37,449 bases of DNA, from sequence record SRR31156797_7348. One strand, given 5' to 3'. Positions 20,220-29,699 of this stretch are shown piece by piece. Position numbers and translations under genes: made by a program. Positions within the stretch are counted from its first letter, which is position 1. Every line of letters begins with the position of its first letter. Under the pieces are notes generated by a model. That model was not told where the DNA came from. It saw nothing but the letters and a program-made list of their open reading frames with translations, and searched no databases.

Positions 20220-22268
20220 TCAATAATCGAGTTTGTTGATATAGTCAAACATTCGTGTAACGGTTAAATATGCTTCATCATCAGACCACATGTTTCGATC
20301 CAAAAAACTTCTGAGGATCGTTACCTCCCCCGGTTGCGCCTGACTTTCAAAATCGCGGACGCGATAATTGACGCCTAATTGTTGCAGTTGATTTTCCAGT
20401 TCCACCTGGTCATCCATATAGTAAGGTACGAGAACGACCGTTCCTTCAAGACGACGGTTATGAGCCCCTGTTGCTAAAAAAGTCGGGTCAAATAATGCCA
20501 AATCTGGCAGTATTTCCATGACAAAGGTCGACTCTCTATCCACAGCTAAATGAAAGGGTTCAACACCTGTATGACCCAAGATCAGCTGGGCACCATTTTT
20601 TAAGGTGATTTGATTCCAATACGCTGGATCTTCATAATAAGAATCAAAAACCGCTGAACTGCCGGCTTCTGCTAATGCCAGTCTTCGAGCAGTCTTCGGG
20701 GCATCGATAAATGAAAGTCCGTGAACCTCCATTGTGGTATTGCTGCCATCCAATGTGATTCTTGACGGGTCATGGGGCACTGTGAATTGATTTTGATTCT
20801 GAAAATACGAGAAATCATCGATCGTTCCACCACTAGGCATCATCGTATTCGTCAGCATAAAATCACCATAAACAGTAATCCTTCGTTCCGTATCTTCGGT
20901 ACTATGCACGATCGAGCCTTCCGTGACTGGTCCCGCATAAAAATTGCTGCTAGTCAGAACCATCGACGGCTTCATAAACGTCAAACTACCATCTGCTGCA
21001 GGGTTTTGTTTCGTGGCTTCTCGATGATAGAAATTAAAATAATTGCTATTTAATTCGCCTAATCCAGAGCCCGCATCTGGTGAATTTACGGAAACATTCA
21101 GATGGCCTTCAGCAAAGAGAACCCCTTCTTGCTCAACTCTCGAAGCCAAACTATTGGTATTGTTGATCCATACGTTTCCTGCAAGGATATCCGTATATGC
21201 TTGTGAGAGGACCAAGCGGCTGCCAGCTCGACTGCCCAAATCGATATACATTCCTAGACCCGCTTGCAAGAAGATGTCCTTGATCACGTTCAACCCGTTG
21301 CTAGGCTGTCCGCCATCATTCTGGATCGCAAGCAGACTTTTTGCCGAAAGCTGCCCGCTTCCCTGTCCTTCCATCTGGACCCCATGATTAAAGAAAAAGG
21401 AACCATCGAAATGCAGCCGATTAAGAATCGGCTTTGTACGAAAATCTAAAAATCTGCCGTCTTGAAAATCTTGCAGGACATTGTTGGCAAACCCGAATTG
21501 CAAGAAGTCATCCGATTCAAAAGCGAGATAATCAAACGATGGACGTACGCGCTGAAAATCAGCAACTTCGAACAATTTTCGAACCCAGGTATCGGCGGAT
21601 ACCGCTTGCCCTGCTGTAGAGGGTAAGTAATAGGGATAAAAAATGTTTCGCCAAATATCCAGCTGTGTTTGTCTTTGTTCGAGGTCTTCTTCTTCAAGCT
21701 GCATTTCATAGATATATTCGGCAGAAGCTGTATGTACTCGCGGCTGCCCTTCAGCCAATTGCGTCTGATCCGTGACTTGCGATTGAATTTGAATAATGAT
21801 TTGAAGATTGGTTTTATCTGGCAGCATCGAGGCTGCTTGGATCCATCCTTGCTCCCCACCAGATTTCGTCATTACATAAGGGGCGATCTCATTATATTCA
21901 TAGTCAACGATAGAGGAGGTAAAAGAAAATTTATTATCGATGGTCTCATTCACATCGACTTCATCCAGCACAGATCTCAATTCGTTATCTAGATTGTCTA
22001 TCCATTCATTATTATTAGAATAGAAGCCGCCATTCTGCATGGTTCGAGTGATGAAATCATCTATTCTCAGTTTTAGGTCCTGAGAAGCGAGTTGAAAGGA
22101 ATATTCGTGTACATCTTCCACGCGACGGAAGCTATCTACCGTTCGAATTTGTGAATTGACATTTCGAGCAACTAGGAAAACCAAGCCAATCATCAAAGAG
22201 GAAAGAATGATCGCCGCGAGGGCATAAATCAGCGCAAAACCCGCTTCATTTTGTCTACCATCGTCCAT
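20220..22268 (-). CDS. Large pilin-like protein lacking E5 (PilX/GspK-like), about 682 aa
   Basis: MDDGRQNEAG|FALIYALAAIILSSLMIGLVF class III signal with Tyr at +5; large beta-rich C-terminal region. Confidence 0.75.
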   Translation of the reverse strand: MDDGRQNEAGFALIYALAAIILSSLMIGLVFLVARNVNSQIRTVDSFRRVEDVHEYSFQLASQDLKLRIDDFITRTMQNGGFYSNNNEWIDNLDNELRSVLDEVDVNETIDNKFSFTSSIVDYEYNEIAPYVMTKSGGEQGWIQAASMLPDKTNLQIIIQIQSQVTDQTQLAEGQPRVHTASAEYIYEMQLEEEDLEQRQTQLDIWRNIFYPYYLPSTAGQAVSADTWVRKLFEVADFQRVRPSFDYLAFESDDFLQFGFANNVLQDFQDGRFLDFRTKPILNRLHFDGSFFFNHGVQMEGQGSGQLSAKSLLAIQNDGGQPSNGLNVIKDIFLQAGLGMYIDLGSRAGSRLVLSQAYTDILAGNVWINNTNSLASRVEQEGVLFAEGHLNVSVNSPDAGSGLGELNSNYFNFYHREATKQNPAADGSLTFMKPSMVLTSSNFYAGPVTEGSIVHSTEDTERRITVYGDFMLTNTMMPSGGTIDDFSYFQNQNQFTVPHDPSRITLDGSNTTMEVHGLSFIDAPKTARRLALAEAGSSAVFDSYYEDPAYWNQITLKNGAQLILGHTGVEPFHLAVDRESTFVMEILPDLALFDPTFLATGAHNRRLEGTVVLVPYYMDDQVELENQLQQLGVNYRVRDFESQAQPGEVTILRSFLDRNMWSDDEAYLTVTRMFDYINKLDY

Positions 22269-22941
22269 TCCCCGGTACCCCCCCTCTTGCTTTCTCATTG
22301 TCCCGATAATTGATCGTAAATTCTCGTTTATAGATAATCTGCTTGTGGTAATCAGTGACCAGATCCTCCATCTGCCAGCAGCCAGTCAAATCATCATAAT
22401 AATCCGCAAAGTTGATCGTTTCCGTGTAAAATAAAACGAAAAACTTGGTCTGGATACTGAACGTATCGCGATAATTTGGCGTATAGTGATGGGTCAACGT
22501 CGCTTCATTCTCATTTTTTTGTTGAATGATCTTTAACTTAATCGTAGGATCTTTCGTATCATAGACTCTGGCACGAATATTGTTGGTATCTGTGATATCC
22601 GTCACAACCATTCGCGGACTGCCCTCTTCCGTAATCGTTGCCCCTAAGGTTCCTTCGGGCATTGTTTTGACAATATGTTCCTCGTGGAAAAGAAGACTAT
22701 CATATTTTCCTAAATACCCCGCATGTTCATAGATACCATCAATTTTGGCGATTTGGTCTGCTTGCGCCAAGATTTCATTCGCTATCCCTTGAAAGGCAGC
22801 AATTCGACCTTGACGAACAGAGGCTTGGACGATCAAAAAGAGTGTCCCAGAAAAGAGTGCAATGATGATGCCGAATATGACCATCGCCCCTAACAATTCG
22901 ACAAGCGTGATTCCTTGCTCATCCTGTAATCGATGCTTCAT
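22255..22941 (-). CDS. Type IV minor pilin
   Basis: MKHRLQDEQG|ITLVELLGAMVIFGII class III signal; RBS AAGGAGG. Confidence 0.88.
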   Translation of the reverse strand: MKHRLQDEQGITLVELLGAMVIFGIIIALFSGTLFLIVQASVRQGRIAAFQGIANEILAQADQIAKIDGIYEHAGYLGKYDSLLFHEEHIVKTMPEGTLGATITEEGSPRMVVTDITDTNNIRARVYDTKDPTIKLKIIQQKNENEATLTHHYTPNYRDTFSIQTKFFVLFYTETINFADYYDDLTGCWQMEDLVTDYHKQIIYKREFTINYRDNEKARGGVPGNGRW

Positions 22942-22984
22942 CTGCGCCCCTCCTTTGCAACTTCCGCAAGAACAGCCAGCCCTT

Positions 22985-23680
22985 TCAATAGTCTACTACC
23001 CAATGCAGATACGTTTCTGTCAAAAATGCGCCCGTTTGTTTATCGAAGACCTGAATAATAAGTCCGAGCCCGAGCTGACGACGGTCGTAACTGTCTTCTC
23101 GCAGTCCATGTCTGGGGTCTTCGCGAATGGAGACCTTGACCAAATAGTTGGTGGTTTCTTCATTCTCCGACAAGTACGTTCCCATATAGAGGCGATTTTC
23201 TTCCGAATTTACCAAGGGCTGCGGCAAATGAGCGCCAGAATGATCGTATACCACCTTGCGAATAAATCGGCCCCGATTGAGATCATCTACAGCAATCGGG
23301 ATTTCTTCATACATCGGTTGCCCTTGCGCATTGTATTGAATCCCTGAATTATCGAGGACCAAATGGTGTCGGCGAACTTCTGAGGGATCATCTGGATCGA
23401 CCATCATCCAAGAAGGTCTAGCCGTAATGATCCCGATATTCAAATCCGCCAAGTCTTGAGTCTGTGCCCGGTATATTAGCCATTCCTTGACATCATCTCG
23501 TGCTGCGATGGCCTCTTCCATTCGGGTATTGTAGCTAAGGATCAGGTTGTTTTGGATGATCAGCATGGCGATCATGACCATTGCGATCCCGAGAATGACG
23601 ATCGCTCCAAGGATCTCAACAAGGCTGAACCCTGATTCATCAAGTACTTTATGTGCTTGTCTGCCTTTTTTCAGTTTCAT
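22985..23680 (-). CDS. Type IV minor pilin
   Basis: LDESG|FSLVEILGAIVILGI class III signal with E5. Confidence 0.88.
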   Translation of the reverse strand: MKLKKGRQAHKVLDESGFSLVEILGAIVILGIAMVMIAMLIIQNNLILSYNTRMEEAIAARDDVKEWLIYRAQTQDLADLNIGIITARPSWMMVDPDDPSEVRRHHLVLDNSGIQYNAQGQPMYEEIPIAVDDLNRGRFIRKVVYDHSGAHLPQPLVNSEENRLYMGTYLSENEETTNYLVKVSIREDPRHGLREDSYDRRQLGLGLIIQVFDKQTGAFLTETYLHWVVDY

Positions 23681-23705
23681 CACCTGCTTTTTGCCTAGCC
23701 CCCGA

Positions 23706-24035
23706 TCAAGGAGAATCCTTTTCTTCTAGCTGGTTGATACTTGTATCTGGGTCAAGAAAAGATAATTTGCTAAGGGTAAACCCCCAGTGAATCAGTTTAT
23801 TGAAATCAGGGTAGTCAGCTAATGGAATACTTTTTTTGGCTTTGCGTGTGATGCGGATTCGTTCCCTGATATAATGATACCTTTCTTCTTCAACCAGTCG
23901 CTGAATCTCGGCGATCTCTTTTTCAACATCAGGATCTTCGACATTCGCTTGCATATATTGTTGGTAGAAATAATCCAAATACTTCCCGTATTGAAGAAAA
24001 TAATGGTATTCAATTTCTTCAATGACCATTTTCAC
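23706..24035 (-). CDS. Small hypothetical cytoplasmic protein in the pilus cluster
   Basis: RBS AAGGAG before GTG; 109-aa co-oriented ORF. Confidence 0.7.
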   Translation of the reverse strand: MKMVIEEIEYHYFLQYGKYLDYFYQQYMQANVEDPDVEKEIAEIQRLVEEERYHYIRERIRITRKAKKSIPLADYPDFNKLIHWGFTLSKLSFLDPDTSINQLEEKDSP

Positions 24036-24067
24036 GTGAATCTCTCCTTGACTTATTTTCTAGCAAC

Positions 24068-25501
24068 TTATTGAAGTGAGTGCAAATGCCGATAGATGAT
24101 CGCAGTGGCACTCTCTGGCCGATCATTGTCTAACTGAAAGACCTCCCTTAATGATTGTCGATCAGAAGCCTGAATGACTTCGACTTTCGGTAAAAGTTTG
24201 TAGGCAAGATGGCTATCGTCTGCGACACTTGTATCGATCATCACTTGTTCGATCAGTGAACGGGTGACGCCATAACCGTCTTCACTTTGATAGGATCGGT
24301 CCAAAGGGAAACTATAATAAAACCAGCCATCATCGGGATTATAGATCCAAGTATTTCGATCGATCTGACGGTAATCACTCAAAGAGCCGAATTCGATCAT
24401 GATGGCTTCTGAGTCGATCTGGGCGGGACTTTCAGAGACAAAGCTGCTTAGCGTTTTCACCGTTTGGGTCGGATACAAGCCAGCAGCATCGGGAAACGCA
24501 CTGATCATCTCTGGCAAGTGAAAGGCACTGCCTAACCCAGATTCTGTCGTCGTGTAATCAAATGACGACTGGTCAATCGTTCCCTGTTCTCCGAGATACG
24601 TGAATCCCGTAGGTTCCTCACTGGTGGAAAAGGGGCTGGCTAGCTGCGACTCCGCCCAGTTTCGAACAAAATAACGATACCCTTCAAGATAATAACTATA
24701 GGTCAAGTTGGTTGCTTCAAAGGTCCACTCAGCAACCGGATCAGCAGGATTGAGCAGCAGCAGTTCCCCACTCATTTTCTGCATGACCGGTCGTTGGTTC
24801 CGTCGAAAGGAATAGCTGAAGTGAGCTTCGACAAGGACCGGTTCTTGCCAGAGATCAGGCGGACCATCGATCAAGTCTGATGACGGTTGCTCCTCCATTT
24901 CTTCGTTGCCTTCGGTGCGATCGTAGAAGTTCTCAGGATTTCCCTGTCCTTCAGCGTCTAATTCCCCCAATAGCTCCTGCATCTCTTCACTATCGAAGGC
25001 ATCCAAGGCAGGCGTGGGTGCCAATTCTTCGATCGTCTCATCGCTGATCCAAACCATCACTTGACCATCAAGAGCATTTCCAATGAGTTCTGGGATCTGC
25101 TGGGTCACGTTCTGATACCCTCTTGCTAAAATTTCGTTTTCATCATAGCGAGACAGTACTGGTAATAAGTCTGGCGCATCACTCGCATCTGCCGCCTGCT
25201 CAAAAGCTGCTTCCTCACTGTCTGGCGCGATATAGCGTAGCACTTCTTCAAAACTTGCTCGGACAAAGACTGGCACTTCACTAGCGTTCATTACCCGAAC
25301 GGATCGTTGGATCGTCGTCCCTGTAAGGGTCATTCGTTCCTGCCATTCTTCCAAAATCTCGATTTTTTCGAACACTTCATTTTCATCCGCTAATCGACGA
25401 ATATGAATAGACTGATTATTCTGCCAAATCAAGATGCTAAGCAACAAAAGAAAGAAAAGCAGACCCGCGATACTATTTCTTAACACTATTTTTTTTTGCA
25501 C
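24068..25501 (-). CDS. Membrane-anchored BsaA/TasA-like (SipW-class) exported protein
   Basis: N-terminal TM; IEILEEW, SVRVMNASEVPVFVRASFEEVL, WIYNPDDGWFYY and KVEVIQAS resemble SipW-dependent BsaA-type proteins; start GTG 25501 or TTG 25522. Confidence 0.55.
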   Translation of the reverse strand: MQKKIVLRNSIAGLLFFLLLLSILIWQNNQSIHIRRLADENEVFEKIEILEEWQERMTLTGTTIQRSVRVMNASEVPVFVRASFEEVLRYIAPDSEEAAFEQAADASDAPDLLPVLSRYDENEILARGYQNVTQQIPELIGNALDGQVMVWISDETIEELAPTPALDAFDSEEMQELLGELDAEGQGNPENFYDRTEGNEEMEEQPSSDLIDGPPDLWQEPVLVEAHFSYSFRRNQRPVMQKMSGELLLLNPADPVAEWTFEATNLTYSYYLEGYRYFVRNWAESQLASPFSTSEEPTGFTYLGEQGTIDQSSFDYTTTESGLGSAFHLPEMISAFPDAAGLYPTQTVKTLSSFVSESPAQIDSEAIMIEFGSLSDYRQIDRNTWIYNPDDGWFYYSFPLDRSYQSEDGYGVTRSLIEQVMIDTSVADDSHLAYKLLPKVEVIQASDRQSLREVFQLDNDRPESATAIIYRHLHSLQ

Positions 25502-25535
25502 CCTTGTTTCCTCTTTTCTCAAGTAATGACGGCTC

Positions 25536-26579
25536 TCAAGTAAAGAGATAAATGCCTAATAGAATGAATAAGGCGATCAATGATACACAGAAGATGATGG
25601 ATAATATCAAGTTTTGATCAATAAAACGAAACACATCTGCTACATGGTTGATACTCATTGAGACTTCTCCAACGAAACGGTCTGCTTCGATGGCTTCTTC
25701 CCCAAATGCCTGTCCATCACCAATGACGGATAAATGATAGCCCTGCTCTTCGTCAGCCTCGATCGATAGTACTCGGCGAGCAATATAGCCGGTTCCTGAG
25801 CCATTTGTAAAGACCGCGAGCCCGTTTGGCTGTACTTGAGTGAAGGCTTGTTCTCTTAAAATGATCAAATCTTGTGTGCGTAATGCGGAGCTGTCAAGAT
25901 TCGCCATCCCATTATCTGATAAACGCACCACCCGATGATTAAAAACTGTCATTCCGTTTTGATCAGTCACATATAAGCCGATAAACGTAAATAGGACAGT
26001 CATGCTACAAACCAAGAAAATCAGATAGATGATTTTCAGTACGAGATTGCCAGATTTCTTTTTGGCTGTTGGTTTCTTCGTCGCGGCTTTGCCTTTTTGC
26101 GGGGGACGTCGTTTCTGGGAAACTTCCGCTGGTTTTTTGCCGTGCTTGCGGGTCCCTTTTGATTTGGCATTAGGATGACTTGATTTTTTGATTTTCCCCT
26201 GCTCGTTGTGCTGACTTGGACGTGCTTGCTGCGGTGGACGCTTTTTCTTTTTGCGTGGTGCTTCACTGGTCGTACTGGCAGCTGCTCTTTCTTTTTGCTT
26301 GCTAGGATGCTGCTTTTCGGTCGGTAATTTGGGGCGATTCGCTGTACCAGCCGCTTTTTTTCGTTTCTTTTTCACAGGCGCCTGTCCTGTCGGTTCTTTT
26401 TGGGTCGGCTTTTTTGGTCGTTTCTTGCCACTAGAAGGGCTGGCTGGCTTGCCTTGCGCCTGAAACTTTTCGATTCGGGGATTTCTCGGTGTATCCTCTG
26501 ATTGGTCTCGTTTTTTTTCACGTTTGGCAGGCTGTGGCGGACGTTTTTTTCTTCTAGGTGCTTGCGACTGATTACTCAT
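25536..26579 (-). CDS. Degenerate SipW-like (S26B) signal-peptidase homologue with long Lys/Arg/Pro-rich N-terminal tail
   Basis: TM, then VRLSDNGM...DLIILR...AVF...IARRVLSI...IGDG...FVGEV...VFRFI, then TM; aligns by eye with SipW VLSGSM...THRIV...KGD...VGKV. Confidence 0.6.
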   Translation of the reverse strand: MSNQSQAPRRKKRPPQPAKREKKRDQSEDTPRNPRIEKFQAQGKPASPSSGKKRPKKPTQKEPTGQAPVKKKRKKAAGTANRPKLPTEKQHPSKQKERAAASTTSEAPRKKKKRPPQQARPSQHNEQGKIKKSSHPNAKSKGTRKHGKKPAEVSQKRRPPQKGKAATKKPTAKKKSGNLVLKIIYLIFLVCSMTVLFTFIGLYVTDQNGMTVFNHRVVRLSDNGMANLDSSALRTQDLIILREQAFTQVQPNGLAVFTNGSGTGYIARRVLSIEADEEQGYHLSVIGDGQAFGEEAIEADRFVGEVSMSINHVADVFRFIDQNLILSIIFCVSLIALFILLGIYLFT

Positions 26580-27951
26580 TGGCATCTACCTCGCTGCCCG
26601 CTCGTTCCATCCCTCTTAATTGGTTTGCATAAGTATTGGCATTGGCATTTTCCTGCAAGCGATCCTTGACGGTCCGAATGGACGCTGGCAAATTCCCTGA
26701 ACCTCGACGATTTGCCGCGCTTCTTTGCAAGTCTTCAAACAACGAACGGGTCGTCTCCGCTTCTTCCTTGCGGGCTGCTTCGATTGCTTGTGCACGTGTG
26801 CGTTCAATCTCTTCCAAAATCTCTTCGGTCGGCTCATTATCATAAATGGTTAGATCATAGGCCTCGATCAACGCATTCAGCTTTTGGTCATAATGGATGT
26901 CCGTAGCATAGCGCCCTGTCAACCACGCAGTTGCTTCCCGATAAGTTGGGGCATTTTCTTTCCAAACGGGGGCATAAAAGCGCGGGTTGCCTGTGATGCC
27001 TCCTCTTAGTAAGCGAGCGTAATCTTCGATGGATTCACGGTAACTTGGGTATTTACGGAAATTGGAAGAGATCGTATACCACGCACCACTTCCATCATCT
27101 TCTTGCGTATTGAAGGTCACTTTTTGCCCACGAAAGCTGCCCTTGATGCCGAAAAGATTATGGTTTGGCGGACTGGATAAGGCGCTGTTTCCTGAGCCGG
27201 TCTCCAAGATGGCTTGTGCGATCATCACTGAGGCATAAAGATCATTGTTATAGGCAACATCTTGCGCGTCAGAACCAATCTCATTGATGAATTGTTGTGT
27301 CGTTAGATTACGTGAAACCGAAAACTGAAAGTTGCTTTCCCGCTCTTCTTCATCGATCGGCGATTCGGGTTCTTCAGTGATTGGATCGGGCTCTTTTTCT
27401 TTGTCCTGATTGGTTTGATTCCCATTTGATTGGTTGTTTCCGCTATTGTTGCTGCTGTTGGTATCGTTGGTTTCTTGCTCATTCGTTTCAGGTCCAGCAG
27501 GCTGATTCGGCTGTTGATCGCCTTCTGAAGGATCTGGCGTCGACGGAACATTTTCGGCCTCTTGGTCTTCTGTTTCATCCGAGCCGCTCTCCATCTCTTC
27601 CTCGTCTGTCTGTCCCTCGTCTGCCGGTCGTTCCACATCATTTACGACTTGGACTTCCGTTCCTTTTTCGGCCTGCTCCGCTTCTTCTGGAAGGGTTTCT
27701 TTTGTTTGTTCTGGAGGAGTATCAAGTTGCTCCGTTATCCTGTCAGCTCCTTCGTAAGAGACCGGTCGGAGGGCATCCGTTATCGATTGCCCACGACTTT
27801 CTCGTTGTGCATCGATGGTTTCCATATAAGTAGATGGTTCTACACCTAAGATCGATCGAACCATGGCTTCAGAAATCGTTTGATTATTGATGATTCCGAT
27901 AAATGCTCCGATCGCTAACAGACTTTTTACGTTTCTTCTGGGCTTTTTCAT
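26572..27951 (-). CDS. Secreted GH73 glucosaminidase/muramidase (FlgJ-like) with acidic low-complexity linker
   Basis: LYASVMIAQAILETGSG, NLFGIKG, FRKYPSY, LTGRYATDIHY; ATG 27951 after GGAGGAGG gives a signal-peptide-like N-terminus. Confidence 0.88.
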   Translation of the reverse strand: MKKPRRNVKSLLAIGAFIGIINNQTISEAMVRSILGVEPSTYMETIDAQRESRGQSITDALRPVSYEGADRITEQLDTPPEQTKETLPEEAEQAEKGTEVQVVNDVERPADEGQTDEEEMESGSDETEDQEAENVPSTPDPSEGDQQPNQPAGPETNEQETNDTNSSNNSGNNQSNGNQTNQDKEKEPDPITEEPESPIDEEERESNFQFSVSRNLTTQQFINEIGSDAQDVAYNNDLYASVMIAQAILETGSGNSALSSPPNHNLFGIKGSFRGQKVTFNTQEDDGSGAWYTISSNFRKYPSYRESIEDYARLLRGGITGNPRFYAPVWKENAPTYREATAWLTGRYATDIHYDQKLNALIEAYDLTIYDNEPTEEILEEIERTRAQAIEAARKEEAETTRSLFEDLQRSAANRRGSGNLPASIRTVKDRLQENANANTYANQLRGMERAGSEVDANE

Positions 27952-28258
27952 CTTCTTGATCCTCCTCCTTGGGGCTGTTCTTGCTGGTGCCTTTTTTTGG
28001 TCGTTCATGGTCTTTGCTTTCATTTTTCTCAAGCTGCACAAGCAGCAATTGATAATGAAAGGCATTGTTCCGCAAATACATCGTAAAACCTAGCAAAAGA
28101 GCGAGTAAAAACAAGTGACTGATAGTGACATATTCTCGAAAGGCAGAGAGATAAAAATAGGCGGTCAGCTGCAAAAATACCGCTAATGGGATCAAAGAAG
28201 CAATAAAGTAGATGCGGTATAAGAATAAGAATCGTTGTTTTTGCTTTTGGGTTCTCAT
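27884..28258 (-). CDS. Small two-TM membrane protein with charged tail
   Basis: RBS AGGAG; two hydrophobic segments; start overlaps the upstream stop. Confidence 0.7.
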   Translation of the reverse strand: MRTQKQKQRFLFLYRIYFIASLIPLAVFLQLTAYFYLSAFREYVTISHLFLLALLLGFTMYLRNNAFHYQLLLVQLEKNESKDHERPKKGTSKNSPKEEDQEDEKAQKKRKKSVSDRSIYRNHQ

Positions 28259-29562
28259 AGACTGCTCCTAACGTCTGTATTGCCTTCGATCAATGCTTTT
28301 TTTTCTAATAGATAGCTTTCGCTTTGGAGAAGATCAAAGTAAGCGGCTTTTCGTAAAAGATTGTCATAGTCCATCTTCATAATGCGTGCGTAAGGTTTTC
28401 TAAACCATGGTCGCTCATACAATTTGACCCGTGATTCAATCACGCTGCATTCATAAAAAACCAAGCTGATATCTTTAGCAGAAAGGTTGTTGTCGACCAC
28501 TTGCTGCACTTGCCCTCTCTCATAGGTCAACTCTTTTTCGTTCAAGGTCATCTTTTCGATCTTTTGTACGAGATTGTCATTGATGCGCCAAACCTGTTCC
28601 AGGTATTTGGCTTTTTGAAAAAGATAGGTATATTCTCGTAAGCTGATCTTCAATTGCGTATGCCAGTTCTCGTCTTCTTCATCGGTCAAGCTGTTTAAAT
28701 AGTGGATACTATTTTTGATCAAAGAGGCTTCCAAGTTTTCGATGTAGATCTCAAGCTTTTGATTGGCCAAGCGCAAGCGCTCTTTGCTTGCTCGTTCTCG
28801 TTTCGCCTCTTCCTCCAACGCTAATTCATTGGCGTTGACTTTGGACAATTGCTTGGCTTTTTTTGACTGTTTTTTTTTGCTGCTTTTTTTGCGAACTTTC
28901 TTTTTGAACTTTGGTGGCTCATCCGCACTGACCTTTTGGAACTCGAGCGTGTCTTCCAGTTCTTTTTTCATTGCATTGGTTTTGCCCTGACGTTTTTCTT
29001 CATGGACTTGCGCTTTCGGGCGACTCACAAACGTGACATTTTGTTCGTCGATCACGCTTTGTACGATTTTTACCAGTTGCTCTTTAAAGTCGTTCGCATC
29101 ACTTACACCAGCGGGGGCTTGCTGCTGCAAGCTGGCATCCAACTGAATCGTAAAGGGAAACTCTTCTTCTGTGTAAGCGATTGGTACAAACTCTAAAAAC
29201 AAATTGCTTTTCTCATCGGACACATGATTGATGCCGATTTGCGTCCACACAAACTGAGGAAATTGCTGTTCCAAGGGAATGCGTAATTTTGAGTAATCAA
29301 TTTTTTTCCGTAAGATCTCCATCTCGATATGATGGGTGAAGGCTTCGATGGAATAAAATTGCTCAAAGTAATGCGTCACTTGTTTGCGGATCGAGGATTT
29401 GAGCGGCCACTTTTTTTGATAGAGGTTGTCGCAGGCAGTGATTACTGATGGAAGTGCCTCTTGTTTATAAAATAATTCCTCAAGATTTGGACTCAAGGTT
29501 GGATAGATGGCAATTTTTAAAATATCATTCGTCACATTCGTCCCAATAACCAACATGCTCAT
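28255..29562 (-). CDS. Hypothetical cytoplasmic protein with Lys-rich segment and coiled coil
   Basis: 435-aa co-oriented ORF; KKKVRKKSSKKKQSKK segment; start uncertain. Confidence 0.75.
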   Translation of the reverse strand: MSMLVIGTNVTNDILKIAIYPTLSPNLEELFYKQEALPSVITACDNLYQKKWPLKSSIRKQVTHYFEQFYSIEAFTHHIEMEILRKKIDYSKLRIPLEQQFPQFVWTQIGINHVSDEKSNLFLEFVPIAYTEEEFPFTIQLDASLQQQAPAGVSDANDFKEQLVKIVQSVIDEQNVTFVSRPKAQVHEEKRQGKTNAMKKELEDTLEFQKVSADEPPKFKKKVRKKSSKKKQSKKAKQLSKVNANELALEEEAKRERASKERLRLANQKLEIYIENLEASLIKNSIHYLNSLTDEEDENWHTQLKISLREYTYLFQKAKYLEQVWRINDNLVQKIEKMTLNEKELTYERGQVQQVVDNNLSAKDISLVFYECSVIESRVKLYERPWFRKPYARIMKMDYDNLLRKAAYFDLLQSESYLLEKKALIEGNTDVRSSL

Positions 29563-29699
29563 AAGAAATCAAGTCGTAGTTGTTGCCCGTGATTTCTTAA
29601 ACAGCACATATGGTCCTAGTGGGTTTCCCTCCTTTGTCGTGTCGCTCTCAGAAATTATTCAGCAGACCTTTTCGTCTATTCCGACTTATAACCTTCGTT

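Noticed and set aside
22278-22284. G7 tract whose slippage could fuse a minor pilin to the large pilin
   Set aside because: Short tract explained by Gly codons and the SD of the downstream gene; no evidence of variation
14565-23680. Interpretation as the comG competence operon
   Set aside because: PilT, PilM/N/O and a tetracysteine PilB are present, and no ComX box (TACGAATA) was found upstream
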